Shown here: positions 29,644 through 39,626 of the stretch, piece by piece
Layout of the letters: every line of letters starts with the position of its first letter
How positions within the stretch are numbered: the stretch's first letter is position 1
Source of the DNA: an uncultured Gammaproteobacteria bacterium
Lineage (GTDB): Bacteria; Pseudomonadota; Gammaproteobacteria; JAADHQ01
DNA length: 64,000 nt
Assembly: GCA_947258755.1 (NCBI GenBank)
Contig: CAMYJO010000004.1
Coordinates: forward strand, 35,550 to 99,549
Direction: 5' to 3'
Made by a program: the position numbers and the translations under genes
Notes under the pieces: model-generated
Told to the model about the DNA's origin: nothing
The model's input: the letters and a program-made list of their open reading frames with translations, nothing else
Database searches by the model: none

Positions 29644-30759
29644 ATGAATAATAGAGTCCTGCAAATTGCCACGTTAATCCATAATGGGTGCCGACCGCTA
29701 TTATTCGTGCCTGTCCTACTGGCAGCCTTATTTATGACTGCTTGTACTGATACCTCTGATTCCAATGCTAAGACTAAAAAGAGGAAGCCATCAGCACACC
29801 TGGTCGCCATCGACAAAAGCAAAAGCATGAACCTGAGTACCCCGAGTACGCGCGCCGGCACCTTACTCGCCTTGCGCCAGGTCAGGGTCTTTAATCAGGA
29901 AGAAGGTAAAATTACCGCACTACCATTTCATCCAGGTGATAAATTCACGAAAGGAAAGCTACTTGTCTCCCTGGATGGCAGCCTGCTGCGCGCGCAACAG
30001 GACAAGGCCCTGGCCACGCGTAAGCAGGCCGAACAGGACCTGCGACGTACCACCAGCCTGGTTAAAAAACGACTGGCGGCAGAGGATGAACGCGCTCGCT
30101 TTGAAACCGAGCTGCGCGTGGCGAAAGCGGAGGAACAGTTGTTAAGGACGCGACTGGCATACACGACCATAAAAGCACCGTTTGACGGCACCGTCACCGA
30201 ACGCCTACTGGAACCTGGCGATATTGCACCAAGGCATACGCACATACTGACCATCATCGACCCCGAGTCGATGATCACGCGCGTACATGTATCCGAATTA
30301 TTACTTGCGCGGCTAAAGACCGGCGATCCTGCTGACATCACCATCGATGCATTGGGTAAACAGGTTTTCCGCGGCAAGATCTCGCGCATTTATCCTGCGA
30401 TCAACCCAAAGACACGCCTGGGCACGATCGAGGTTACCTTTGATAAGATCCCGGCACAGGCACAAGCAGGCTCACTCTGTCGCGTACGCCTGATGCCACC
30501 TGCGCAGTCGTATTTAATGATACCGTTTACCGCACTACGCCGTGATGAACAGGGCGAGTTTGTATTTACCATCAACGACAAACAGCAGGCCTCGAAACAA
30601 TATGTCAGCACCGGGCTGCGTCATCAAAATCTGATCGCCGTCAACAGTGGTCTTGAAGCAGATACCGTTATTATCACAAAAGGCTTTCTTGGTTTGAAGG
30701 AAGGCAAAAAAGTGCGCAGCAATCTAAAACCGAAACAGGCCTCGCAGACCCCCTCCTGA
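29644..30759 (+). CDS. RND efflux periplasmic adaptor
   Basis: Lipobox MTAC, coiled hairpin, IKAPFDG. Confidence 0.9.
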   Translation: MNNRVLQIATLIHNGCRPLLFVPVLLAALFMTACTDTSDSNAKTKKRKPSAHLVAIDKSKSMNLSTPSTRAGTLLALRQVRVFNQEEGKITALPFHPGDKFTKGKLLVSLDGSLLRAQQDKALATRKQAEQDLRRTTSLVKKRLAAEDERARFETELRVAKAEEQLLRTRLAYTTIKAPFDGTVTERLLEPGDIAPRHTHILTIIDPESMITRVHVSELLLARLKTGDPADITIDALGKQVFRGKISRIYPAINPKTRLGTIEVTFDKIPAQAQAGSLCRVRLMPPAQSYLMIPFTALRRDEQGEFVFTINDKQQASKQYVSTGLRHQNLIAVNSGLEADTVIITKGFLGLKEGKKVRSNLKPKQASQTPS

Positions 30760-30775
30760 CAGGAACTGATAACAC

Positions 30776-33700
30776 GTGAGCAGAAGATCCATTCATGAGC
30801 GATTAAGTAGCGGCGGTGGCGGCATGGCGGCCTGGTCGATCAGACATCCGATCGGCGTCATTATGATCACACTGGCGATTGTCATGCTCGGTCTGTTTTC
30901 ACTCGGGCGCCTGTCTGTCGACCTGTTGCCACAGATTATCTACCCGGACATCAGGGTACGTATCAGCAACCCGGGTGTGCCGGCGAAGATCATGGAAGAC
31001 CAGGTCACCCGGCAGCTGGAAGAACAACTGGCCATTACCGAAGATGTGGTTAGCATTGAGTCCAGCAGCGCCGAAGGCAGAAGTCGAGTCAACCTGTCTT
31101 TCCAGTATGGCAAGGACATCGACATCGCACTACGTGATGCCAGCACCCGACTCGATCGTGCCAAACGCTTTTTGCCCGATGGTATCGAACCACCGATTAT
31201 TTACAAACGCGACCCTTCACAACGCCCGGTCGCGGAATTTATTGTCAGCTCGGCAACGCGTGGTCCAATTGAGCTACGAAACTGGGTAGATGACGTATTC
31301 AGCAAATGGTTGCTGACCCTGCCCGGTGTCGCCGCCGCCGAAGTCGGTGGCGGCCTGGTACGCGAGATACAAGTCTTGCCGGACCAGCAGCGCCTGGCCG
31401 GACTCAGCCTGACCACGGACGATGTTATCCAAGCCTTACAGGAGGGCAACCGGGAAGAATCCGCGGGCCGTATCAAACTCGAACGACGGGAATTGAGCGG
31501 CCGCATTGCCGCGCGCTTTGAATCGGTCGAGGAGATTGCCAACCTGCCGATCCCGCTGGCCGATGGCGCCCATATTTACCTTAAAGATATCGCCCGAGTC
31601 ATAGATACCAACGAGGACGAACGTCTACGTGTACGCCTGAATGGAACGCCCGGCGTCAAGCTGTCCATACAAAAGCAACCCAATGCCAACTCGGTGACCC
31701 TGGTCGATACGGTCAAACAACGACTGCGTGAACTGGCTGAACAACAGGTCATACCCGATGATATCGAGGTAAACATTGTTGGCGACCAGTCGATCTATGT
31801 GCGCAACTCACTCAATCATGCAGCACTGGCGGCCATCTCCGGCGCGACGTTGGCCATGCTGGTTGTCTACTTGTTCCTCGGCAACCTTAAACGCACACTT
31901 ATAATAGGTAGCGCGATCCCAATCGCGATCACCGTGACCTTCCTGATCATGGAACTGGGCGGCCTGAGCCTTAATATTATGACGCTGGGTGGACTGGCGG
32001 TCGGTGTCGGTATGCTGGTCGATAGCACCATTGTCATGCTGGAAAACATATACCGCCACCAGACCGAAGGCGAGGACAGCTTTGAGGCCGGCACGCATGC
32101 GGCGCGCGAGGTCAATAGCGCTATAGTCGCCTCAACCAGCACCAACCTGGCCGCGATTATTCCCTTTCTTTTTATTGGCGGACTGACCGGCCTGTTTTTC
32201 CGCGAACTGATTTTCACCATCACCGCCGCCATTATTGCCGCCATGCTGGTTGCACTGACCCTGGTACCGGCACTGGCAACACGCCTAAGACAATCTGTGC
32301 AACAGACCGAAAGCAGTTTGATGGAAAGGCTCATCCACAGACTGAGACAGAAATACCGTAACAGCGTGCATTTTTTTATGCGCAAACCGTTTGCCCGATT
32401 CGGTCTAATGGCGACCTTTCTGGCGGCCATCGCTGTCAGCTGGGTTGCCTTTGACAGTGAATCAAGGGTGTTCCTGCCCGATATGGATGACGGCAGGATC
32501 GGTATACGCATCAGCGCCGACCCCGGCGTCAAACTCGATGTCACCGATGAAGCGACACACAAGATCGAAAACCTGATCAATCAAATGCCACATGTCGAGA
32601 CCGTGTTTACCATCAGCGGTGGTTTTATTTTTGGTCGCACCGAAGTGGAAGCCCGCAACAAGGCACGCCTCGATATCCAGTTAGCGCCCAGGTCTACACG
32701 TGACCTGAGCCGGGACGACTGGGTCAAACAATTCAAGGCACTGCTGGCTAAAAACAAAACCCCGGGTGTGCGCGTACGCGTTAGTAAGCTACGTATACCT
32801 GGCACCTATTTTCATCGCGGCAGCAACGATGTCGCCCTGCATGTCAGCGGCCCTGACATCGACACATTGGACCAGATCGGTTATGAACTGATGGATACTC
32901 TGCGACCCGTCGAGGGCCTGGGCAATATCGAGCATTCATCTGAAGAAAGTGAACAAGAGCTGTCTATCAACATCGACCGCGAACGTGCCATTGATCTCGG
33001 CTTTTCGGTTGAGCAAATCAGCCGCGTTATTCGCACAGCCATTGGCGGCGAGATCGCCGGCGACTACCTGGAAGGCGATCGGTCTTACAAAATACGTGTA
33101 CGTCTACCCGACGTAAACACCTCGAGCCTGAGTGATCTCGAGTCACTGTTGCTCGGCAAGGTCAGCGATAATCAGTCCTCTATCTATCTCGCCGATGTCG
33201 CTCGGGTTGAACTAATTCAGGCACCCGCCACTATACTCAGGGACAACCAACAGCGCATTATCAAGGTCACCGCCAGGGTCAATGAGGGTTACACCAGTGG
33301 CACGGTACTGGATGCGGTAGCGAAACGCCTGCAGGACTTTGAGTTGCCAGACGGTTACCAGATCTATGATGCCGGTATCTCGGATGTTCTGGAGAGTAGC
33401 CAGAACACCGTCTGGCAATTACTGGGCATGGCCCTATTCCTGGTGCTGGTAGTCATGGCCGTTCAATATGAATCATTGCGCAATCCGTTAATCATCATGC
33501 TCGGCGTGCCCTTCGCCGCTATTGGTGTTGCGATTGCTATTCATTTGGCTGAATTACCACTGTCGATGCCGCTTTGGCTCGGCATGATTATGCTCGCCGG
33601 TATTGTCGTCAACAATGCAATAGTCATGGTCGAGTACATCGAGATATTACGCAAGGAAGGGAAAGCACTCGAAGCGGCCATTACCGAGGCCGCCGGCCTG

Positions 33701-33901
33701 CGCCTGCGGCCGATCCTGATGACCTCACTGACCACCATTATCGGCCTGACACCACTGGCGATCGGTCTGGGTGAAGGCGCCGAAATGCTGGAACCACTGG
33801 CACTGACGATTATTTCCGGCTTGAGTTTTTCACTGATCGTCAGCCTTTACCTGATACCGGTGTTGTACAGGCTGTTTCATAGCCGAGATCTAGTAAAATA
33901 A
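30776..33901 (+). CDS. RND efflux permease (AcrB/AcrD/AcrF family)
   Basis: 1041 aa; GMLVDSTIVMLENI, GIVVNNAI, RLRPILMTS. Confidence 0.92.
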   Translation: MSRRSIHERLSSGGGGMAAWSIRHPIGVIMITLAIVMLGLFSLGRLSVDLLPQIIYPDIRVRISNPGVPAKIMEDQVTRQLEEQLAITEDVVSIESSSAEGRSRVNLSFQYGKDIDIALRDASTRLDRAKRFLPDGIEPPIIYKRDPSQRPVAEFIVSSATRGPIELRNWVDDVFSKWLLTLPGVAAAEVGGGLVREIQVLPDQQRLAGLSLTTDDVIQALQEGNREESAGRIKLERRELSGRIAARFESVEEIANLPIPLADGAHIYLKDIARVIDTNEDERLRVRLNGTPGVKLSIQKQPNANSVTLVDTVKQRLRELAEQQVIPDDIEVNIVGDQSIYVRNSLNHAALAAISGATLAMLVVYLFLGNLKRTLIIGSAIPIAITVTFLIMELGGLSLNIMTLGGLAVGVGMLVDSTIVMLENIYRHQTEGEDSFEAGTHAAREVNSAIVASTSTNLAAIIPFLFIGGLTGLFFRELIFTITAAIIAAMLVALTLVPALATRLRQSVQQTESSLMERLIHRLRQKYRNSVHFFMRKPFARFGLMATFLAAIAVSWVAFDSESRVFLPDMDDGRIGIRISADPGVKLDVTDEATHKIENLINQMPHVETVFTISGGFIFGRTEVEARNKARLDIQLAPRSTRDLSRDDWVKQFKALLAKNKTPGVRVRVSKLRIPGTYFHRGSNDVALHVSGPDIDTLDQIGYELMDTLRPVEGLGNIEHSSEESEQELSINIDRERAIDLGFSVEQISRVIRTAIGGEIAGDYLEGDRSYKIRVRLPDVNTSSLSDLESLLLGKVSDNQSSIYLADVARVELIQAPATILRDNQQRIIKVTARVNEGYTSGTVLDAVAKRLQDFELPDGYQIYDAGISDVLESSQNTVWQLLGMALFLVLVVMAVQYESLRNPLIIMLGVPFAAIGVAIAIHLAELPLSMPLWLGMIMLAGIVVNNAIVMVEYIEILRKEGKALEAAITEAAGLRLRPILMTSLTTIIGLTPLAIGLGEGAEMLEPLALTIISGLSFSLIVSLYLIPVLYRLFHSRDLVK

Positions 33902-33902
33902 T

Positions 33903-35756
33903 CTATTTCTTATCACCACTCAAAGCCAGCGCCTCAGTCATCGCCAGGATATGAGTCGCATACCAGAAGTTGTCTGTTTTCAGGGTATTATGCCCGCGAT
34001 TCAGGGCACTGCGGGCCTGCGCCAACATCGGCTCATCATTCTTTATCCGCGCCAGCGCCAGCGTGACCCGTATCAGTGTCGCCGAAGCCGATGGCATCGG
34101 CCCGTCAGCAATAATGGCCTCGCGTGATGAGATCCCGGCGATCATGTCTTCAGATAATAACCATCCCTGCTCATTATAAAAGCGTTTCCATGCCTGCCCC
34201 ACTACAGCTGCTACTAAACTTATATCTTCCTTTTTACCGGTATGTTTGGCCCAGGCAAGCAGACCTGCAGCGACATAGGAATAATCTTCCAGCGTGGCAT
34301 TACCGAGGTATTGATCATCGGCAATCGCCCTTTTCAGGCTCTGGCCGTCCCATAATCGTTGCACGATAAAATCACGTAAGACCTGCGCCTTTTTCATGTA
34401 TGCCTTGTTGTATCGACCGGCCCGCGTCAACGCATCCAGGGCCAGACCATTCCATGCAGCGAGCAACTTGTCATCGCGCGGTAATATCCTGCGTTGTTGC
34501 CTTTTTAGCAACTTTGTCTTGGCTGTAGCGATCGACTGCTTGATTACCGCAACAGGCTTATTCATCTCTTTTGCCAGCTCGTCTACTGACATGGCTATTT
34601 GCGCATGATGACCATCCTCCAGGCTGGGTGCATGCTGCATACCCCAATGCAACGTCATCAACTCAAGCTCGGCAGGTGTGAGCAATGCCTTCAATTCCTG
34701 ATCCGACCATAAATAATAACCACCCTCGACATTCTTGTTATCGATCGCAGACAGACTACTTATCAGACCACCCGCGGGCTCTGATAACTCCTTCAACATA
34801 AAGTCAACGGTCTGTGTCGCGATAATCTGGTATTCGCTTTTACCCAATAACTCAGCCGCTTCAACATACAGACTGACCAGCTGGGCATTGTCATAAAGCA
34901 TTTTTTCAAAATGCGGAATTTTCCAGCCGGGGTCGACGACATAGCGGTAAAAGCCACCTCGCAACTGGTCATTCATACCCTGCAGTGCCATTTTATCCAG
35001 GGTCAGGATCAGGAAATCACGCAGAGACTTGTCTTTTGTCTCTCGATATAGATCCAACAATAGAGTCAGCTGCGGCACCAACGGAAATTTATTGCCCTCA
35101 CCAAAGCCTCCCTGGAAATGATCAGCCTGCTGCATCGCCAATGTCATATAGGCCTTACGATAGGCCTCGATCTGACGCATATCCAGGTCGGGGCCTGCGG
35201 AACGATCGGTTTTGTCATTCACCATTGCTGCCGCTTCGGCCATCACTTTCATACCCGGCCTGTCCGCCACCCAGGCCTGCTGGATATTCAGCAACAATTC
35301 GTTGAAATCTTTCGGGGGTAAATACACAAGACCCAACAACGGGTAACCTTCGGGGGTAATAAAGACATTCAAAGGCCAACCGGCATAACCACGTGTCCTT
35401 TCGACAAATTCGATCAGGCGTGCATCCAATGCCGGTTGCAACTCCCGATCGACCTTGACCGGAATAAAGTCACGGTTCAGCATCTTGGCAATGTCGGCAT
35501 TTTGATAAGACTCACGCTGCATCACATGGCACCAGTGACAGGCAAAATAGCCAATGGACACAAACACCAGCTTGTTTTCCTTGCGCGCGCGTTCAAATAC
35601 CTTTTTATCCCAGCTTTGCCAGTGCACCGGATCGTTTCCATGCATGGCCAGATAAGGAGATGGATGGTCTTTCAGACTGTTGCTACCGGCTGCCAGGCAA
35701 TGAGCCGATAATGCAACTAAGCATATCGATGTGAACAGGTAGTTTAAGATTTTCAT
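33903..35756 (-). CDS. thioredoxin-domain YyaL/DUF255 protein with signal peptide
   Basis: SPYL..H..DPVHW, CHWCHVM, GWPLN, PHFEKMLYDNAQ; start moved to ATG 35756. Confidence 0.88.
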   Translation of the reverse strand: MKILNYLFTSICLVALSAHCLAAGSNSLKDHPSPYLAMHGNDPVHWQSWDKKVFERARKENKLVFVSIGYFACHWCHVMQRESYQNADIAKMLNRDFIPVKVDRELQPALDARLIEFVERTRGYAGWPLNVFITPEGYPLLGLVYLPPKDFNELLLNIQQAWVADRPGMKVMAEAAAMVNDKTDRSAGPDLDMRQIEAYRKAYMTLAMQQADHFQGGFGEGNKFPLVPQLTLLLDLYRETKDKSLRDFLILTLDKMALQGMNDQLRGGFYRYVVDPGWKIPHFEKMLYDNAQLVSLYVEAAELLGKSEYQIIATQTVDFMLKELSEPAGGLISSLSAIDNKNVEGGYYLWSDQELKALLTPAELELMTLHWGMQHAPSLEDGHHAQIAMSVDELAKEMNKPVAVIKQSIATAKTKLLKRQQRRILPRDDKLLAAWNGLALDALTRAGRYNKAYMKKAQVLRDFIVQRLWDGQSLKRAIADDQYLGNATLEDYSYVAAGLLAWAKHTGKKEDISLVAAVVGQAWKRFYNEQGWLLSEDMIAGISSREAIIADGPMPSASATLIRVTLALARIKNDEPMLAQARSALNRGHNTLKTDNFWYATHILAMTEALALSGDKK

Positions 35757-35897
35757 GAATTCCCCGATTGCTGGCAGTGATTCTATATAGAACGTCTTTA
35801 CAGTGAAAAAATTCCATTTATTTTCGGTTTTATGGGTAGTTTCTTCACTTGGGCTTTGAATGGTATACACAGACAATCTACCGAATGAGGGTCGAGA

Positions 35898-36091
35898 TGT
35901 GCATGAAAGCATAGTTTGGCCGTATTAGCCTGACTATAGGTACTTAAAGGGGCAGTTAGGCCGCTACCGACCAGCATCGGTCTTACAAGAACATTGTCAT
36001 TGCGAACGCCGTGAAGCAATCCGTCAAACTATTTATCCGGCTTGTTTTCTGTCTGGGTAGCTTCACAAGCAGATCGCCGCGGCAAAAAAAA
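35898..36091. repeat. composite intergenic repeat, copy 2 (3'-truncated)
   Basis: TGTGCATGAAAGCATAGTTTGGCCG; TTGTCATTGCGAACG..GTGAAGCAATC.GTCAAA; CAGATCGCCGCGG; lacks the closing CTCGCGATGAC. Confidence 0.75.
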
Positions 36092-36121
36092 GACAGCTTA
36101 TTTATGCGTCAAATGCTGGCC

Positions 36122-37672
36122 CTATTGGTCCATTGAATTAACAAAACCCGAGTATCTAACACCAGACAACAATGCCATTTCATGATGCCAGGTCGCAAGA
36201 TCATCCTTATTGAATTGATTTAATGCATCATGACCACAGGCTCGCGCCATCACTTGCATGAGTGATTGAGAAGCAGTGAAAAAATTATTCAATTGAGATG
36301 CTGATTTTTCTACATCCAGTTTTTTACGTAGCTCCTCTTTTTGAGTAGCTATACCTGCTGGACAGTTATTGGTATTACACATACGAGCAGCCACACAACC
36401 AATGGCTTGCATCGCACTATTTGATATTGCAATACCATCAGCACCCAGCGCCATTGCTTTTACAAAATCAATTGGCACGCGTAACCCGCCGGTTATAATT
36501 AGGGTGACACGACCACTGGCACCCTGCTCATCTAAGTATCGACGTGCTCGCGCAAGTGCAGGGATAGTTGGCACACTAATATGATTCCTGAATATTTCAG
36601 GCGCAGCTCCAGTGCCCCCACCTCGACCATCTAATATGATGTAGTCAGCGCTCGCATCAAGTGCAAACTGAATATCTCTTTCAATATGATTAGCACTTAG
36701 TTTGAATCCAATAGGAATGCCGCCTGTAATTTCTCTGACACGATCTGCAAAACGTTTAAAATCTGATGCTGTAGAAAGATCTTTAAAAGTAGGTGGTGAT
36801 ATTGCAGGCTGACCTTCTGGTATATTTCTAACTTGAGAAATTTTTCCTATATTCTTGCTTCCGGGAAGGTGGCCACCAGTCCCCGTTTTCGCACCTTGCC
36901 CACCCTTGAAGTGAAAGGCTTGAACCTTTTGTAGCAATTCTTCCCTGTAACCGAATTGAGCACTGGCTAATTCGTAAAAATAACGTGAATTCTCTGCTTG
37001 CTCCTCAGGTAACATCCCGCCCTCACCAGAACAAATGCCGGTACCTGAAAGCTCAGCCCCTCGCGCCAAAGCGACTTTCGCTTCTTCTGACAAGGAACCA
37101 AAACTCATGTCGGATACAAATAAGGGAATCTGCAACGTTAAAGGCTTTTTTGTTTCCGGCCCTATAACGAGCTCAGTAGACACATTATGATCTTCCATCA
37201 GGGGCTTGGTTGCCATCTGCGCTACCATTAATTGAAGATCATCCCAATGGGGTAATTCATGACGAGGCACACCCATAGAGGTCATCGGGCCGTGATGACC
37301 GATATTCTTCAGCCCTTCTTTTGCTAACTGATGAATGAATTCAACGGTAGGTTCCTCAGTCGTAGCAACTGCAATGGGAATATCCGTTTTCTGTGTTTCT
37401 ATACCTGGACCTTCTTTACCCACTTGATCATCGCTAAACTTTTGATGCGTACCATCACAAAAAGGCCTATTCCCACTATGCTTACATGCACATAAATAAG
37501 CATCACCATCTTCTTCGGAAACGATTACCTTCGGATTAAATGATGTTCCAGCATGTGAGCCATCGCAAAATGGCTGACTTTTAGATCGCCCGCAAGTACA
37601 AAAATGATATTCCTGACCTTTTGAAAGAGTCACTTTAACTGGTTTATTATCTGCAATGATGGGATTACTCAT
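36122..37672 (-). CDS. FMN-binding glutamate synthase-family protein with two N-terminal CDGSH Fe-S domains
   Basis: CTCGRSKSQPFCDGSH and CACKHSGNRPFCDGTH; MSFGSLS, SGEGG, QGAK.G.GG.LPG, DGRGGGTGA, C..ARMC.TNNCPAGIATQ. Confidence 0.88.
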   Translation of the reverse strand: MSNPIIADNKPVKVTLSKGQEYHFCTCGRSKSQPFCDGSHAGTSFNPKVIVSEEDGDAYLCACKHSGNRPFCDGTHQKFSDDQVGKEGPGIETQKTDIPIAVATTEEPTVEFIHQLAKEGLKNIGHHGPMTSMGVPRHELPHWDDLQLMVAQMATKPLMEDHNVSTELVIGPETKKPLTLQIPLFVSDMSFGSLSEEAKVALARGAELSGTGICSGEGGMLPEEQAENSRYFYELASAQFGYREELLQKVQAFHFKGGQGAKTGTGGHLPGSKNIGKISQVRNIPEGQPAISPPTFKDLSTASDFKRFADRVREITGGIPIGFKLSANHIERDIQFALDASADYIILDGRGGGTGAAPEIFRNHISVPTIPALARARRYLDEQGASGRVTLIITGGLRVPIDFVKAMALGADGIAISNSAMQAIGCVAARMCNTNNCPAGIATQKEELRKKLDVEKSASQLNNFFTASQSLMQVMARACGHDALNQFNKDDLATWHHEMALLSGVRYSGFVNSMDQ

Positions 37673-37691
37673 ATTTCCACTCTCATAGGAT

Positions 37692-37757
37692 GCATAACGT
37701 TTGAGTTAAAAGGCGCTGCGCTTTATGCGACGTCCATTTTTGAACGACTTGTTATGT
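37692..37757 (-). other. attC site
   Basis: Minus strand ACATAAC-AAGTCGTTCAA...TTAACTCAAAC-GTTATGC. Confidence 0.88.
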
Positions 37758-38082
37758 GATTTTGCTTTATTACAACAACTAATAATCCCATTGCTATTAA
37801 TGTAACAGCTGAAACCGCATAGTTACCCTCTAAAATAAGTAATATTAGAGATATACCAAATGTTACGATAACCGTAATTGCACCATAGACGCGTGTTTTG
37901 AGAATAACCATTAGGATACCGCCGACAACTTGAATAACCCCAAAGATAATTAACATTAAATTATTGAAGCCATATTTACCAAAGAAATCGAGATCTTGTG
38001 GCATAAGCATAATTTTTGTAATTCCAGATGAGATAGCTAAGAAAACTAAAAGGCCTATAATTATTTTAATTGCGATTTTCAT
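37723..38082 (-). CDS. DoxX-like membrane protein (cassette)
   Basis: SGITKI, FGKYG, four hydrophobic segments; reads into its attC. Confidence 0.7.
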   Translation of the reverse strand: MKIAIKIIIGLLVFLAISSGITKIMLMPQDLDFFGKYGFNNLMLIIFGVIQVVGGILMVILKTRVYGAITVIVTFGISLILLILEGNYAVSAVTLIAMGLLVVVIKQNHITSRSKMDVA

Positions 38083-38113
38083 TTCACCTCCATGTTTATC
38101 AATTTTTATTTAC

Positions 38114-38174
38114 ACATAACGCCTAGTTAAGGGGCGCACGTTGTTTTGCGTCCCGTTTAAACGCCTTGTTGGGT
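38114..38174 (-). other. attC site
   Basis: Minus strand ACCCAAC-AAGGCGTTTAAACGGGACGC...GCGCCCCTTAACTAGGC-GTTATGT. Confidence 0.88.
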
Positions 38175-38180
38175 TGTTAA

Positions 38181-38720
38181 TTATAAACTCACGGTTGAGG
38201 CAGATGCCATTAGCCGTATGTTACCATCCTGTGAATTATCACTATTCGTAGTTAACTTAAAAAGCAGCCCCCTTTGTGTGCCCGCCTTGTACCACTGGTA
38301 GGTGATACTTCTAAGGTTAGCACTGTTTGGACCATGATTAAGCCTCTCAGAAATTAGAGGTGACGGTGCATTACCTACTAATTTTATAAAGCTTTTTTCT
38401 GCTGTGTCTAATTTACCTTGCTTAGAAAAGACAGCGCAAAAATTACTTTCTTTGTGTAATGAAAGAACATAATTTCCATGATTGGATGGAATTGGCCAAG
38501 CATTTCCTTCTTTACCACTTAAGAATAAAGCTGCTTTATCTGGAGGGAATTGAGGGGCTTTGGATAATTTATTTCTTAATGTTTCTATTTTATATAGATG
38601 CTTAAGGCATAAAGAAGAGTAAAGCTTTATAAACTCATTAGATTGTGCTGTGGAACTGGAAGCAAGCGAAGTGCTTATAGACGAAAAGAAAAATGCTATA
38701 TATATCAGAGTGTATTTCAT
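38181..38720 (-). CDS. secreted hypothetical protein, possibly NMCC_0638-like (cassette)
   Basis: Signal peptide, two Cys, FL.GKEGNAW, FCAVF; family recalled from memory. Confidence 0.6.
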   Translation of the reverse strand: MKYTLIYIAFFFSSISTSLASSSTAQSNEFIKLYSSLCLKHLYKIETLRNKLSKAPQFPPDKAALFLSGKEGNAWPIPSNHGNYVLSLHKESNFCAVFSKQGKLDTAEKSFIKLVGNAPSPLISERLNHGPNSANLRSITYQWYKAGTQRGLLFKLTTNSDNSQDGNIRLMASASTVSL

Positions 38721-38734
38721 TCTTTTCCTTTTAA

Positions 38735-38786
38735 ACCTAACAGTATGATAACCGAGACCCCGGGGTCTCGTTATTATGTTTTAGAA
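38735..38786 (-). other. atypical palindromic cassette recombination site A
   Basis: ACCTAAC-AGTATGATAAC-CGAGACCCCGGGGTCTCG-TTATTATGT-TTTAGAA. Confidence 0.75.
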
Positions 38787-38789
38787 GCT

Positions 38790-39074
38790 TTATTCACTTT
38801 TCGCTTCTTTGGCACGTTTTTCAGTATATTCAATGCATTTAGTTATTTCTTCTTTATCTAATTCCCCACCATTTTTTGATTTAAGATGCAGCTTTATATT
38901 TTTGTCATTTTCTTCAATTTGTAATGATTCTATTTTGTTGTATTCTTCTGTAGGGCATGAGCAACGCCCTTCCTTACACTCTTGAAATGCCTCAAGTAAT
39001 TCTTTCTTTTTGCTCTTTACATCGTTAATTGAAATATCAAGACCGCTATCATTTATATCGATTTTGTATTTCAT
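38790..39074 (-). CDS. hypothetical protein with CxxGxCxC motif (cassette)
   Basis: AFQECKEGRCSCP; AGGA RBS. Confidence 0.7.
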   Translation of the reverse strand: MKYKIDINDSGLDISINDVKSKKKELLEAFQECKEGRCSCPTEEYNKIESLQIEENDKNIKLHLKSKNGGELDKEEITKCIEYTEKRAKEAKSE

Positions 39075-39093
39075 GATTTTTTCCTTTGTGTAC

Positions 39094-39218
39094 TTCTAAC
39101 GTTGCCTTAAGCAGCCCGCGATCGAACGATAAGGGCTGCATTAATTATTATTGTTAATGTACTAGCATTTTCCGAAAGCGCTATGTCCCTGCGGGTCTGA
39201 TTGAAGACCTTGTTAGGC
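39094..39218 (-). other. attC site (125 bp)
   Basis: Minus strand GCCTAAC-AAGGTCTTCAATCAGACCCGC...CGCGGGCTGCTTAAGGCAAC-GTTAGAA. Confidence 0.85.
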
Positions 39219-39222
39219 GGTT

Positions 39223-39558
39223 TTACAATAAATTGATAATAATTGCTACCAAATTTAGAAGAAGAATAAGTAGCAATGTAGCCCTCGCTAACCTTAACGA
39301 TAATGCAGAAAATGCCATAGCTGCCAATATTTGTGCAAATTTTCCTATGAAAACACCGGGAAGTATTCCAAATGTGGATGCCAGCCATTGAACAACATAA
39401 TTTCTTTCAAACTGAATACCGTCTTGTTGCATAAATAATAGTGTTGTAACAAAGTCAAAAAAGCCAGTTACAAGAAGAATCAGCCATAAATACCAATACT
39501 GATGAAACGATGCCTTTAGATTATCTTTGAGCGGTATTTCTTCATCTAGAATGCGCAC
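39223..39558 (-). CDS. small membrane protein, DUF5658-like (cassette)
   Basis: DFVTT...ERN pattern with hydrophobic helices. Confidence 0.6.
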   Translation of the reverse strand: MRILDEEIPLKDNLKASFHQYWYLWLILLVTGFFDFVTTLLFMQQDGIQFERNYVVQWLASTFGILPGVFIGKFAQILAAMAFSALSLRLARATLLLILLLNLVAIIINLL

Positions 39559-39568
39559 TATCTATGCA

Positions 39569-39626
39569 ACCTAACGTTTGAGTTCAGCCGCCGGCCCAGC
39601 CGGTCGGCTGGAATGGCTTGTTAGGC
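39569..39626 (-). other. attC site (58 bp)
   Basis: Minus strand GCCTAAC-AAGCCATTCCAGCCGACCGG...CCGGCGGCTGAACTCAAAC-GTTAGGT. Confidence 0.9.

Noticed and set aside
39107-39388. 93-aa overlapping ORF in the cassette array
   Set aside because: Overlaps the 111-aa cassette gene out of frame and runs across an attC.
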